Source: an uncultured delta proteobacterium (lineage in GTDB: Bacteria > Myxococcota_A > UBA9160 > UBA4427). From it: DNA of 64,000 nt. The number at the start of each line of letters is the position of its first letter. The stretch's first letter is position 1. Below the pieces are notes generated by a model that saw only the letters and a program-made list of their open reading frames with translations, was not told the DNA's origin and made no database searches. The translations under genes and the position numbers were made by a program. Below are positions 48,984 through 58,352 of this stretch, one piece after another. Location: positions 236,056 through 300,055 of the forward strand of contig CAWGJT010000009.1 of NCBI GenBank assembly GCA_963822965.1. The letters run 5' to 3'.

Positions 48984-50261
48984 ATGGATCCCCAGGACAC
49001 GCTCGAGATCGTCTTCTTCAGTCGAGCGGCCTTCGAGCACGAGTACACCACGAACATCGCGAACGGTGGGATCTTCGTGGCGACCGAGCAGCATCTCGAG
49101 GTCCGGCAGAAGGTGTCCGTGCGCGTCAAGCTCGCGTACGCGCGCAAGGGCACCACGCTTCGCGGCGAGGTCGTGCACGTGGTGGGTCCCGAGCTGGCCG
49201 AGAGCGGAGCCACTCCCGGCGTGGCCGTCCAGCTCGAAGCGGCACCGAACGAGATCCGGCGCCTCTTCGCCCCCCTCTTCGAGTCCGGCTTCGAGTCCGG
49301 CCCGGTGCCCGCGCCGGAGAGCGGCGCGGCCGAACCGGGCCGGACTACCGGTCGCCCGGCCGCAGCAGCGCCGAAGGATCGGCGGGGCGCCCCCCGCAGC
49401 CGTGCCCGCGTGCGTGCCCGCGTGCACTGCCCGGGCTGCGACATGATCGAGGGCCGGACGCGCGATCTCAGCATCAGCGGCGTGCTCGTCTCCATCGGCA
49501 ACGGGCCCGTGATCGACGTCGGCGAGCCCGTGAAGGTGTGGATCACGAATCCCCAGACGGGCGTCGAGCGCGAGATCCTGGGCAAGGTGGCGCGACACGT
49601 GAAGGGCGAGGGGGGCGTCGTACGTGCCATCGGCGTGCAGTTCTTCATCCACGACTGCGACAAGCAGGCCGTCGAGAGCTTCCTGCGCGACCTGCGGTCC
49701 GCCGAACACAGCCGCCATCTCGGCGGCATCCAGGGATCGATCTCCGAGCTCGGTCTCGGCAACCTGGCTCAGACCTTCGGGCTCGCGGCGCGCGAGGGCA
49801 CCCTCGACGTGATCTCCGGCGCGGAGGAGGGCTACCTGGCGTTCGAGAGCGGGCAGCTGATCGCCGCCAACGTCGGTGGGACCACGGGCGTGAAGGCGCT
49901 GGCGCGGATGCTCACCTGGACCCGGGGGCGTTTCGAGTTCCACGCGCGCATCGACCCCGCGCTGCCGAAGTCGGAGACGATCGCGCTCGACGCGGCATTG
50001 CTCGAAGCGATGCGGCTGCTGGACGAGGGCGCGCGGCCGGACCGCGACCGGCTGGCGCCGGAGACGCGCCTGGGCGTCGTCTCCGAGGTCCGTGTCGCGG
50101 CCCTCGATCTCACGAAGCTCGACGAGGCGGTGCTCGATCTCGCCGCCTCGGGCATGAACGTCCAGCGCATTCTCGACGTCGTCCCCGAGCCCGACACGGA
50201 GATCCACCTGGCCCTGTGGACCCTGGTCGAGCGCGGCCTCCTCCGGGTCGAGCCGAGCTGA
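48984..50261 (+). CDS. tandem PilZ + DUF4388-like domain protein
   Basis: YTTNIANGGIFV; RRGAPR and DLSISG; GSISELGL..GTL..G.L.FESG..GRFEF. Confidence 0.8.
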   Translation: MDPQDTLEIVFFSRAAFEHEYTTNIANGGIFVATEQHLEVRQKVSVRVKLAYARKGTTLRGEVVHVVGPELAESGATPGVAVQLEAAPNEIRRLFAPLFESGFESGPVPAPESGAAEPGRTTGRPAAAAPKDRRGAPRSRARVRARVHCPGCDMIEGRTRDLSISGVLVSIGNGPVIDVGEPVKVWITNPQTGVEREILGKVARHVKGEGGVVRAIGVQFFIHDCDKQAVESFLRDLRSAEHSRHLGGIQGSISELGLGNLAQTFGLAAREGTLDVISGAEEGYLAFESGQLIAANVGGTTGVKALARMLTWTRGRFEFHARIDPALPKSETIALDAALLEAMRLLDEGARPDRDRLAPETRLGVVSEVRVAALDLTKLDEAVLDLAASGMNVQRILDVVPEPDTEIHLALWTLVERGLLRVEPS

Positions 50262-50316
50262 GGCGGTCCCGCCGGCTTGACGCCGCACCCCCGGCAGCGC
50301 ACGCTCCGAGCCGCCG

Positions 50317-51339
50317 ATGAACGCGCCCGCCGCTCCCGCAGCGCCCCGATCGCTCTACGATCGCGAGGTCACGAGCATCTCTGGCGACGAGATGGACGGC
50401 GGAGCCTGCGGGGTCTGCGGTGACGACCGCGTCGTTCCCGCCTTCCGGGTCCACGGCGTCGCACCCCCCATCGTCGTGTGCCGCACCTGCGGCCTGGGGC
50501 GCTTCCATCCCATGCTCTCGGCGGACGAGATCCGCGCGTTCTATCCCGAGGACTACTACGGCGAGCCCGGTACGAAGTTCCGGCCGGTGATCGAGCGGCT
50601 GGTGCGGGCCGTCGCCGCACGCCACATCGGGTTCCTCTCGCGTGGGCTGCCCGAAGGGGCGGCCATTCTGGACGTGGGCTGCGGCCGGGGCGTGCTGTTC
50701 GGACCGCTCGCGGATCGGGGCTTCCGGGTCCATGGCGTCGAGATGAACGAGGACGCGATCCGCGGCTGCGACCCGCGCGCTCGCGTCCGCATCGCGGAAC
50801 GACTCTCGGACGCGGGCTTCGAGCCGGAGAGCTTCGACGAGGTGGTCATCTGGCACGTGCTGGAGCACATGCCCGACCCGTTCGACGCCATCGCGGAATG
50901 CGCGCGCATCCTGAAGCCGGGCGGCCGGCTGATCGTGGCCGTGCCCAACTTCTCGAGCGCCCAGGCGCGCTGGAGCGGCCCGCACTGGTTCCACCTCGAC
51001 CCGCCGCGCCACCTCTACCACTTTCCCTATCCGGCGCTGCGTCGCCTGATCGAGCAGGCGGGCTTCGAGATCCGCTCGAGCCATCACTTCTCGCTGCGTC
51101 AGAACCCGTTCGGCTGGATCCAGAGCGCCCTGAACCGCCTCACCCGACAGCCCACGGGCGGGCTCTACACCCTGCTCCACCAGCATGGAAGCGGTCGTGA
51201 GGTCGACTTCTCCGCCACCACCCGCTTCGGCATGTGGTGCGGGCTCGTGCTCGGTGCGCCGCTGGCGGTGGGGCTCTCGGTGCTCGCCGCCTGGCTGCGC
51301 ACGGGCGCGACGGTGCACGTGGTGGCCGTGCGGAGCTAG
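50317..51339 (+). CDS. class I SAM-dependent methyltransferase with N-terminal Cys pairs
   Basis: CGVCG/CRTCG, ILDVGCGRG, WHVLEH, VPN, PRHLYHF. Confidence 0.9.
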   Translation: MNAPAAPAAPRSLYDREVTSISGDEMDGGACGVCGDDRVVPAFRVHGVAPPIVVCRTCGLGRFHPMLSADEIRAFYPEDYYGEPGTKFRPVIERLVRAVAARHIGFLSRGLPEGAAILDVGCGRGVLFGPLADRGFRVHGVEMNEDAIRGCDPRARVRIAERLSDAGFEPESFDEVVIWHVLEHMPDPFDAIAECARILKPGGRLIVAVPNFSSAQARWSGPHWFHLDPPRHLYHFPYPALRRLIEQAGFEIRSSHHFSLRQNPFGWIQSALNRLTRQPTGGLYTLLHQHGSGREVDFSATTRFGMWCGLVLGAPLAVGLSVLAAWLRTGATVHVVAVRS

Positions 51340-52728
51340 GTTCCGGGCCCGTCCGCCTCTCGCCTTCGCCTTCGCCTTCGCCTCCCCCTCCGCCTTCGCC
51401 TTCGCCTCTGCCTCCGCCTTCCCCACCGCCTTCGCCTTCGCCTCGAGCGCGGCGGCCGCCTCCTCCTGGTCCAGGTAGCCGAGGGCGAGCAGACGCGCGC
51501 GATCCTCCTCGCTGAGTCCCTCCTCCGACGTCGTGCTCGCGGCCAGCGCACGCGACAGCTTCCGCACCCGGGCGAGCTGCTCTGCCGCCACGGGCTCCTC
51601 GCTCGCAATCACGTTCTTCGTCTCGCCGGGGTCGTTCGCGAGATCGAAGAGCACCCACCGTCCCATCTGCTTGCGATGGAACGCGCTCTTCCAGCGCCCC
51701 CGGCGGTACGTGAGGTAGTACCGCTCGGTGAGGAAGACCTCGTCCGGCTCGAGCACGTCCTCGGAACGGGGGATCGGCAGGCCCGCGGCCCGGCGCACGA
51801 GGTTGCCGATCCCGGTGGTGCGCAGGCGACGCCCCGGGTGGTCGAAGATCGCCGGGGAGACGATCAGCGGGATGTCCAGCAGCGGCTGGTAGGACGGGTT
51901 GCCCATGTGGGAGCGAGGGCGCTTCCGGTAGTGCTGCTCGCCCAGGTTCTCGCCGTGGTCCGAGGTCAGGAAGATCACGGCGTGCTCCCGCAGGTCCGCC
52001 TCTTCGAGGATCTCGAGCAGGCGGCCGAGCCCGGCGTCCATGCGCTCCACCGCCTGCGCGTAGGTCTCGCCGTTGGTCGGGTAGTCGTGCACGTCCATGT
52101 AGTGCACGTAGACGAAGGCCGGGGCGTCCGGGCGCTGGGCCAGCGTCTTCTCGAGGGCCGCGTTCACCGGCTCCGCCGAGCACTCCCGCACCAGCGTCTC
52201 GATGGGCAGATCGGACCGGGAGGCGCCCACCTCGACCCAGGCGTCGAAGCCCTGCTCGTAGCCCGCGGGCGCGAAGAGCAGGCGGTTCGAGACGATCCCG
52301 GCCGTCCAGTAGCCCGCGTCGCGCAGGTCCTCCGCCAGGGTCGTGAGCCGCTGGGGGACGCAGCTGTCCGCCGGGCCTTCGGCGAAGCGCGTCATGCCGC
52401 ACCAGTCGTGGCCGTTCCAGGCCAGCGGCCGACCCGGATCTGCCGACTCGAGGCTGGGGGTACGACCCGTGAAGAGGGCTCCCATGGACATGGTGGTCTG
52501 ATGGAACGAAGCCTGGAGGTCGGTGAACACCTGGCCCTCGTCGGCCAGGCGCTGGACGTTGGGCGTCGCGAGGGGTCCGCCATAGGGCGAGAGGTGGTCC
52601 CGGCGCAGGGTGTCGACGACGACCAGCACGATGTCCGGGGGTGCCGCCGGGCGCTCCCACTCGCAGGCACCGAGGACGCACGAGGCGAGCGGCAGGAAGA
52701 GCAGGAGGAAGGCCCGGACACGCGGCAC
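51336..52728 (-). CDS. sulfatase-like lipoprotein (probable frameshift in low-complexity tail)
   Basis: VLGAC; DTLRRDHL, HQTTMSMGALFTG, HYMDVH, SDHGE, LLALGYL; a stop at 51336-51338 in an adjacent frame overlaps the convergent TAG. Confidence 0.85.
51355..51443. repeat. GCCTTC-type microsatellite (AK/AE tail)
   Basis: CGCCTT hexamer runs. Confidence 0.8.
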
Positions 52729-52790
52729 GCGCGCAGTTTGGGAAGGAGCGGGACCTTCGTCAAGTCGAGGCGGCGTGATAGCCTCGCGGC

Positions 52791-54806
52791 ATGTCCGTTC
52801 GGCGCCCCTCCGCGCTGCTCCTGGGATGGATCGCGTCTGCGGGCCTCGCCACCGCGGTTCGCGGCTGGAACGCGATCTTCGGTCCCCTCTTCTACGGCTA
52901 CGACGCCTGGGCGCACATCGCGTACGTGTTCTTCCTGGACATGTACCGGTCGCTTCCGTACGCCGACCAGGGCTGGTCCTACTTCCATCCCCCGCTCCAC
53001 TACCTGCTCGGCTGGGCGCTGATGCAGGCGGGCGATCCCGACGTGCTGGTGATCGGTCTGGCGTTGATGGGCAGCGCGGCGAGCCTGGGGGTGGCCGCGC
53101 TGGCGGCCTGGCTGGTGCACCGTGGCTTTCCGCAGCGTCCCGCGCTGCCGCTGCTGGGCTTCAGCGTCATCGCCTTCCTGCCCGTGCACATCTACACCAG
53201 CCCGATGCCCGGCAACGAGATGACGGCGACGTTCCTGGCCGCTGCCGTCGTCGCCGCGCATCTGCGCAACGAGCTGCGCGAGGCGCCGACCCGGGCGGGA
53301 GACGTGGCAACCGGGGTGCTGGCCGGTCTCGCCATGCTCTCGAAGTTCACCGATCTGATCCCGGTGCTCTTCGTCTTCGCCCTGACCGGGCTGCGCTGGC
53401 TGCGCGCGGGCGGCGGCCGTCCGCCCCTGGCGCGTCCGTTGGCGCGCGCCGCCGCCATCGCGATTCCCATCCTGCTGCTGGCCGGACCCTGGTACGCGCG
53501 CAACGTGGTCGAGTTCGGCACGCCCTTCATGACCAGCGCCGACGTCCCGGACGTCCACCGCATCCAGGCCGGGCAGCCGCCGGGGGAGCGCCACTGGATC
53601 GACTTCCTGCGCTTCTCGCCGAACGTCTTCGAGGAGTCCGTGCCGAGCGCGCCGCACATGATCCACGCGGTCTGGCCCAATACCTATCTCAACGTCTGGT
53701 TCGACACCTTCCGGGAGAGCCAGCTGCCCTTTCCCCGGGACATCATTCCGCATCCCTTCATCCACCAGCTGACGATCCTGTTCGGGCTGCTCGGGCTCGC
53801 GCCCACGCTGGTGGCCCTCTACGGCGCCGGGGTGGCCGGGCGTCGAGCTCTTCGCGACCCGGGCAGCACGATCGAGCTCGGCATGTGGATCCTCGCGGCG
53901 GCGACCCTCGCGGCCTTCGTGCTGTTCGCGGCCCGCATTCCCACCTGGGCCGCCCTCAAGGCGTCGTATCTCCTGAACCTCTCGTTGCCCTTCGCGTTCT
54001 TCCTGGCGACGGGCGTCGACGACCTGCTGCGGCGCGACCGGTGGCTCGGCGCGGTGGCACCGGTGCTGGTCGGCGTCGAAGCCCTGTGCGCCTCCTACGT
54101 CTTCGCCACCGGCACGCCCCCGGGCCTGATGCGACGCGACTTCGACAACATGCAGATGGCCTCGGTGCGCGCGCACTTCGGCGACTTCGCGCCGACGCTC
54201 CGGGACCAGAGATGGAAGGCGCCGAAGCGCAGCTACCTGGAGGCGCGCGCGGCGGCCGCGCTCTTCGCGGGAAGGCCCGGGCTCGCGCGCCGCTTCTACC
54301 AGGTTGCGGGACGGATGCCGCTCGACGATCCCGACGATCGACCCTACTGGACGAACCGTCTCGCGGTGGCGACGGCCCTGGACGACAACCCCGAGCGGGC
54401 GGCGCGCCTGCTCGACGAGGCCCTGGCCGAGCGGCCGCTGCCCGAGCTGCTCGTCAACCGCGCCGCCCTGCGCGCACGCGACGGCGAATGGCGCGCCGCC
54501 GAGGCCGACCTGCGCGCGGCGCTCGCCCAGGCGCCGAGCCTGCCGCCCGCCTGGACCGACCTCGCGGTGGTGCTCGCACGCCAGGGTCGCGACGACGAGG
54601 CGGAGGCGGCGCGCACCCGCGCCGAGGAGGTCCGGTGGATGGCGCCCCGCGGCTTCCCGTACGGCGTCGGAGACGGCTTCCTCTACGAGTCCGGAGCCGG
54701 GCAGCGCTTCATGCTGGTGCTCGAGGACCGGGGCGACGATCCCTCGGACCCGCATCACGGCCTCGCCCTCGACCTCTACCGGCCGCCGCGTGCCCGCAAC
54801 CGCTGA
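52791..54806 (+). CDS. GT-C (ArnT/PMT-like) glycosyltransferase with C-terminal TPR-like region
   Basis: YGYD..AH, HPPLHYLL, GNE, GLAMLSKF, WYARN; C-terminal helical repeats. Confidence 0.8.
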   Translation: MSVRRPSALLLGWIASAGLATAVRGWNAIFGPLFYGYDAWAHIAYVFFLDMYRSLPYADQGWSYFHPPLHYLLGWALMQAGDPDVLVIGLALMGSAASLGVAALAAWLVHRGFPQRPALPLLGFSVIAFLPVHIYTSPMPGNEMTATFLAAAVVAAHLRNELREAPTRAGDVATGVLAGLAMLSKFTDLIPVLFVFALTGLRWLRAGGGRPPLARPLARAAAIAIPILLLAGPWYARNVVEFGTPFMTSADVPDVHRIQAGQPPGERHWIDFLRFSPNVFEESVPSAPHMIHAVWPNTYLNVWFDTFRESQLPFPRDIIPHPFIHQLTILFGLLGLAPTLVALYGAGVAGRRALRDPGSTIELGMWILAAATLAAFVLFAARIPTWAALKASYLLNLSLPFAFFLATGVDDLLRRDRWLGAVAPVLVGVEALCASYVFATGTPPGLMRRDFDNMQMASVRAHFGDFAPTLRDQRWKAPKRSYLEARAAAALFAGRPGLARRFYQVAGRMPLDDPDDRPYWTNRLAVATALDDNPERAARLLDEALAERPLPELLVNRAALRARDGEWRAAEADLRAALAQAPSLPPAWTDLAVVLARQGRDDEAEAARTRAEEVRWMAPRGFPYGVGDGFLYESGAGQRFMLVLEDRGDDPSDPHHGLALDLYRPPRARNR

Positions 54807-54900
54807 CACCGCCGCACCGGCCCGGAGCGGGAGCCGGCACGATGACCGGCAACCAACGCGCAGCTGGCCCGCTCGCTTGTGGGCCTCGGCTCCGAGGGAC

Positions 54901-55083
54901 TAGCCTGCATTTCTCACCGGGGCGTGTCGCGAGGGCGTCGAGAGTGCAGCAGATTCGCGGCCCTCGGACTGGAGGACGGCGAAGGCGTAGCCAACCCTAC
55001 GTCGAGCCGGCCGGAGGGAGAAGGTCGCGGAGATGCTGTGCCCTCGGCGCCCGCAGTAGCGCTCTGGTGAGAAATGCAGGCTA
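54901..55083. mobile_element. 183-bp MITE-like palindromic element
   Basis: Perfect 18-bp inverted ends TAGCCTGCATTTCTCACC / GGTGAGAAATGCAGGCTA (including terminal TA); interior is self-complementary; no transposase. Confidence 0.8.
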
Positions 55084-55093
55084 AAGTCCCGCC

Positions 55094-55810
55094 ATGCGCC
55101 GCTGCATGGTCGTCATCCCCACCTACAACGAGGCGGAGAACCTGCCGCTGCTGGTCCCCCAGGTGCTCGCCCAGGACGAGCGCCTGGAGATCCTGGTGGT
55201 GGACGACGACTCGCCCGACGGCACGGGCAAGCTGGCCGACGAGCTCGCGGAGAAGGACTCGCGGGTGCACGTGCTGCACCGCTCGACCAAGCAGGGGCTG
55301 GGCGCCGCCTATCGGGCCGGGCTGTCCCGGGCCCTCGAGCTCGACGCGGACGCCATCGTCCAGATGGACTGCGACTTCTCGCATCCGCCGGACGTGCTGC
55401 CCGAGATGCTGCACGAGATCGAGACCCACGACGTCGTGCTGGGCTCGCGCTACCTGAACGGCATCACGGTGGTCAACTGGCCCATCGAGCGCATCCTCAT
55501 CTCGTGGCTCGCGAACCGCTACGCGCACTGGATCACCCGCCTGCCCATCAGCGACCTCACCGGCGGGCTGCGCTGCATGCGGCGCGATCTGCTGGAGAAG
55601 ATCGGCTTCGAGCGCATCCGCTCGGACGGCTACGCGTTCCAGATCGAGATGAACTACCGCTTCGTCAAGCACAAGGCCCGCATCAAGGAGATTCCCTTCT
55701 TCTTCGTCGACCGCACCCGGGGCAGCTCGAAGCTGAACCTGGGCATCGCCATCGAGGGCCTGTGGATCTGCTGGTGGCTGCGCATCGCGGACTTCCTCGG
55801 CAGACTCTAG
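55094..55810 (+). CDS. polyprenol monophosphomannose synthase (GT2, Dpm1/Ppm1-like)
   Basis: IPTYNE, VDDDSPDGTG, GLGAAY, MDCDFSH, GSRY, GYAFQIE, DRTRGSSK. Confidence 0.9.
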   Translation: MRRCMVVIPTYNEAENLPLLVPQVLAQDERLEILVVDDDSPDGTGKLADELAEKDSRVHVLHRSTKQGLGAAYRAGLSRALELDADAIVQMDCDFSHPPDVLPEMLHEIETHDVVLGSRYLNGITVVNWPIERILISWLANRYAHWITRLPISDLTGGLRCMRRDLLEKIGFERIRSDGYAFQIEMNYRFVKHKARIKEIPFFFVDRTRGSSKLNLGIAIEGLWICWWLRIADFLGRL

Positions 55811-55823
55811 TGTCCCGTCCCAG

Positions 55824-56955
55824 GTGAGCGAACCCCTTCGCGTGCTCGTTCTCAACGAACGGGATCCGCGCCACCCGAACGCGGGCGGCGCCGAGATCCA
55901 CGTCCACGAGATCTTCCGGCGCCTGGCGGCCCGGGGCGTCCGGGTGACCCAGCTCGTCTCCCGGGGACGCGACACGTCCGAGCACGAGATCCTCGACGGC
56001 ATCGAGATCCGCCGGCTGGGCCGCATCCGCTTCTACTATCCGCGCGTGGCCTGGACCTGCGCCCGGGAGACCCGCGCCGGGCGCTACGACGTGGTGGTGG
56101 AGTGCCTCAACAAGGTGCCCTTCTACTCGCCGGTCTACTCGGCGGTCCCGGTGCTGGCGATCTGCCATCACCTGTTCGGAGAGGTGGCCTTCCAGCAGGT
56201 GGCGTGGCCCATCGCGGCGGCGGTGTGGAGCGCCGAGCAGCTGATCCCGCCCCTCTACCGTCGCTGCCACACGGTAGCCATCTCGGAGTCGTCGCGGGAC
56301 GAGCTCATCGCCCGGGGCCTGCGACCGGAGCTCGTGCGGGTGAGCCACTGCGGCATCGATCGCCCCCGCATCGACGTCGACACCGACCGCCCGCGCCCGC
56401 CGCGGGTCACCTACCTGGGAAGGCTCGAGCCCTACAAGCACGTGGACGACATGCTGCGGGCCGCGGCGAGCCTCGCCCCGCGCTTTCCCGAGATGGAGAT
56501 CCTGGTGATCGGCCGCGGCTCGGCGCGGGACGGGCTCGTCCGCCTGGCGGCCGAGCTCGGCCTGGCGGAGCGCACGCGCTTCACGGGCTTCGTGACCGAC
56601 GCCGAGCGCAACGCCCTGCTGGCCGGCACCCGGGTGTGCGTCTGCCCCTCGGAGAAGGAGGGGTGGGGGCTCACGGTCGTCGAGTCGAACGCGACGGGCG
56701 CGCCGGTGGTCGCCAGCGACGCACCGGGCCTGCGCGACTCGGTGCGACACGGCGAGACGGGCTTCCTGGTGCCGCCCCGCTCGGTCGAGGGCTTCGCGCG
56801 GCGCATCGGCGAGCTGCTGGGCGACGACGAGCTGCGCGACCCGCATGTCGCGCCAGGCGCTGGCCTGGTCGAAGCGCTTCGACTGGGACCTGGCGGCGGA
56901 CGAGATGGCGGAGGCCCTGGAGGACGCTGCCGGGGCGAAGGAAACGACCGGGTGA
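55824..56955 (+). CDS. glycosyltransferase family 4 (frameshift near 56840)
   Basis: HPNAGGAE, LGRLEPYK, EGWGLTVVE, PGLRDSV; typical end (RFDWDLAADEM...TTG*) lies in a shifted frame. Confidence 0.85.
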
Positions 56956-58352
56956 GCGATTCGACGCCGCCCCGCCGCCAGCCGGGTCGGACGCTCGTCG
57001 CCGTGGCCTGGGTGCTCGGTCTCGTGGGCGTCGGCATCCGGATCCACAACGCGATCCGCTATCCCGAGCGCTGGGGGTTCGATGGGCTCTTCAACGAGCG
57101 CTACGTGGGGCGGCTGCTCACGAGCTTCGACCTGCCGGCCCCGGACACCGACTGGTCCACCGCCCACCCGCCGCTCTTCTACTACCTGGCCGCCGGCCTC
57201 GGACGCCTGCTGGGGATCACCGACTCGCTCGACGTGATCGTGCCGGCGCGGCTCGCGAGCACGGCCATCGGGCTGGTGATGGTGGTGCTGGCCTGGCGGC
57301 TGGTGCGGCGCACCCATCCCGAGGCCCCCGGGCGCGCGCTGCTGGCGGCCGCGCTGGTGCTCTTCCTGCCCGTGCAGATCTACATGAGCGCCATGCTCAA
57401 CGAGGAGATCCTGGCGGCGACGTTCACGTCGCTGGCTCTCTTTGGGGTGTGCGGCGAGGTGGCCCGGCGGGAGCCGGCGGGCCGGACGTGGCTGCGGGAC
57501 GCCGGTATCGGTCTGGCGGCCGGCCTGGCGCTGCTCACCAAGCTCTCGGGCGTGCTGGTGGTGGCCGCCGCCGTCGGCGCCTACGCGTGGGTCGGCCTGC
57601 GGGAGGGCCGCCTGGCCACCGCCGCGCGCCGCAGCGCCGTGGTCGTGGCGGTGGCGTTCTGCGTGGGGGGCTGGTTCTACGCCCGCAACCTCGCCCTCTA
57701 CGGCTACATCTATCCCCAGGATCTGTCGACACATTCCCTGATGTTCACCATGCCGCCCGGCGAACGACACGCGAGCGACTACTTCCGCATCCCGCTGGCC
57801 ACCTTCACCGATCCCCAGGTGCTGGACCCCGACCTGCTGCACTCGATCTGGGGCACCACCTACGTGACGCTCTGGTACGAGGGCCACGGCCACTTCCTGC
57901 CCGCGAAGGAGCCCCCCGTGAAGCGCTTCGGGATGGTGCTGCTGGTGCTGGCGCTGCTCCCCACGGCGGCGTTCCTGGCGGGCGCGGGGCGCGGGCTCCG
58001 CCGCGGGTGGCGCGATCCGCGGGCCCCCGACGCCGCGATGGCGCTGCTGGTCGCCCTCAGCCTGGCGGGCTACGTGGTCTTCACCTGGAGCAATCCCTGG
58101 TTCGCCACCGTGAAGGCGAGCTACCTGCTCGGCATCTCGCTGCCGTTCGCGTATTTTGCCAGCGACGCGCTCTGGCGCTGGACGCGACGCAGCCAGGACG
58201 TCGCGCTCGGGGTCTGGATCGTCCTGGGGGTCCTGCTCGTGGGCATCTGCCTCGCGTTCACGGTGGACATCGGCCTGTGGAACCTGACGCCGCCCGGCGC
58301 GCTGCCCGGCCTGGACTGGGGGCCCGGAACGCCCCGGGAGCCGATCCCGTGA
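56952..58352 (+). CDS. GT-C (ArnT/PMT-like) glycosyltransferase
   Basis: GTGA overlap; WGFD, HPPLFYYL, NEE, GLALLTKL, FYARN, KASYLL; paralog of 52791-54806. Confidence 0.8.
   Translation: MSDSTPPRRQPGRTLVAVAWVLGLVGVGIRIHNAIRYPERWGFDGLFNERYVGRLLTSFDLPAPDTDWSTAHPPLFYYLAAGLGRLLGITDSLDVIVPARLASTAIGLVMVVLAWRLVRRTHPEAPGRALLAAALVLFLPVQIYMSAMLNEEILAATFTSLALFGVCGEVARREPAGRTWLRDAGIGLAAGLALLTKLSGVLVVAAAVGAYAWVGLREGRLATAARRSAVVVAVAFCVGGWFYARNLALYGYIYPQDLSTHSLMFTMPPGERHASDYFRIPLATFTDPQVLDPDLLHSIWGTTYVTLWYEGHGHFLPAKEPPVKRFGMVLLVLALLPTAAFLAGAGRGLRRGWRDPRAPDAAMALLVALSLAGYVVFTWSNPWFATVKASYLLGISLPFAYFASDALWRWTRRSQDVALGVWIVLGVLLVGICLAFTVDIGLWNLTPPGALPGLDWGPGTPREPIP

Noticed and set aside
50110..51336. Long C-terminal extension of the 872-aa sulfatase ORF
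   Set aside because: It is antisense to a clear methyltransferase gene; a stop at 51336 in an adjacent frame after a microsatellite points to a frameshift
55824..58352. 842-aa GT4-GT-C fusion protein
   Set aside because: The normal GT4 C-terminus and a GTGA stop/start overlap at 56952-56955 lie in a shifted frame; one indel near 56840 explains the apparent fusion
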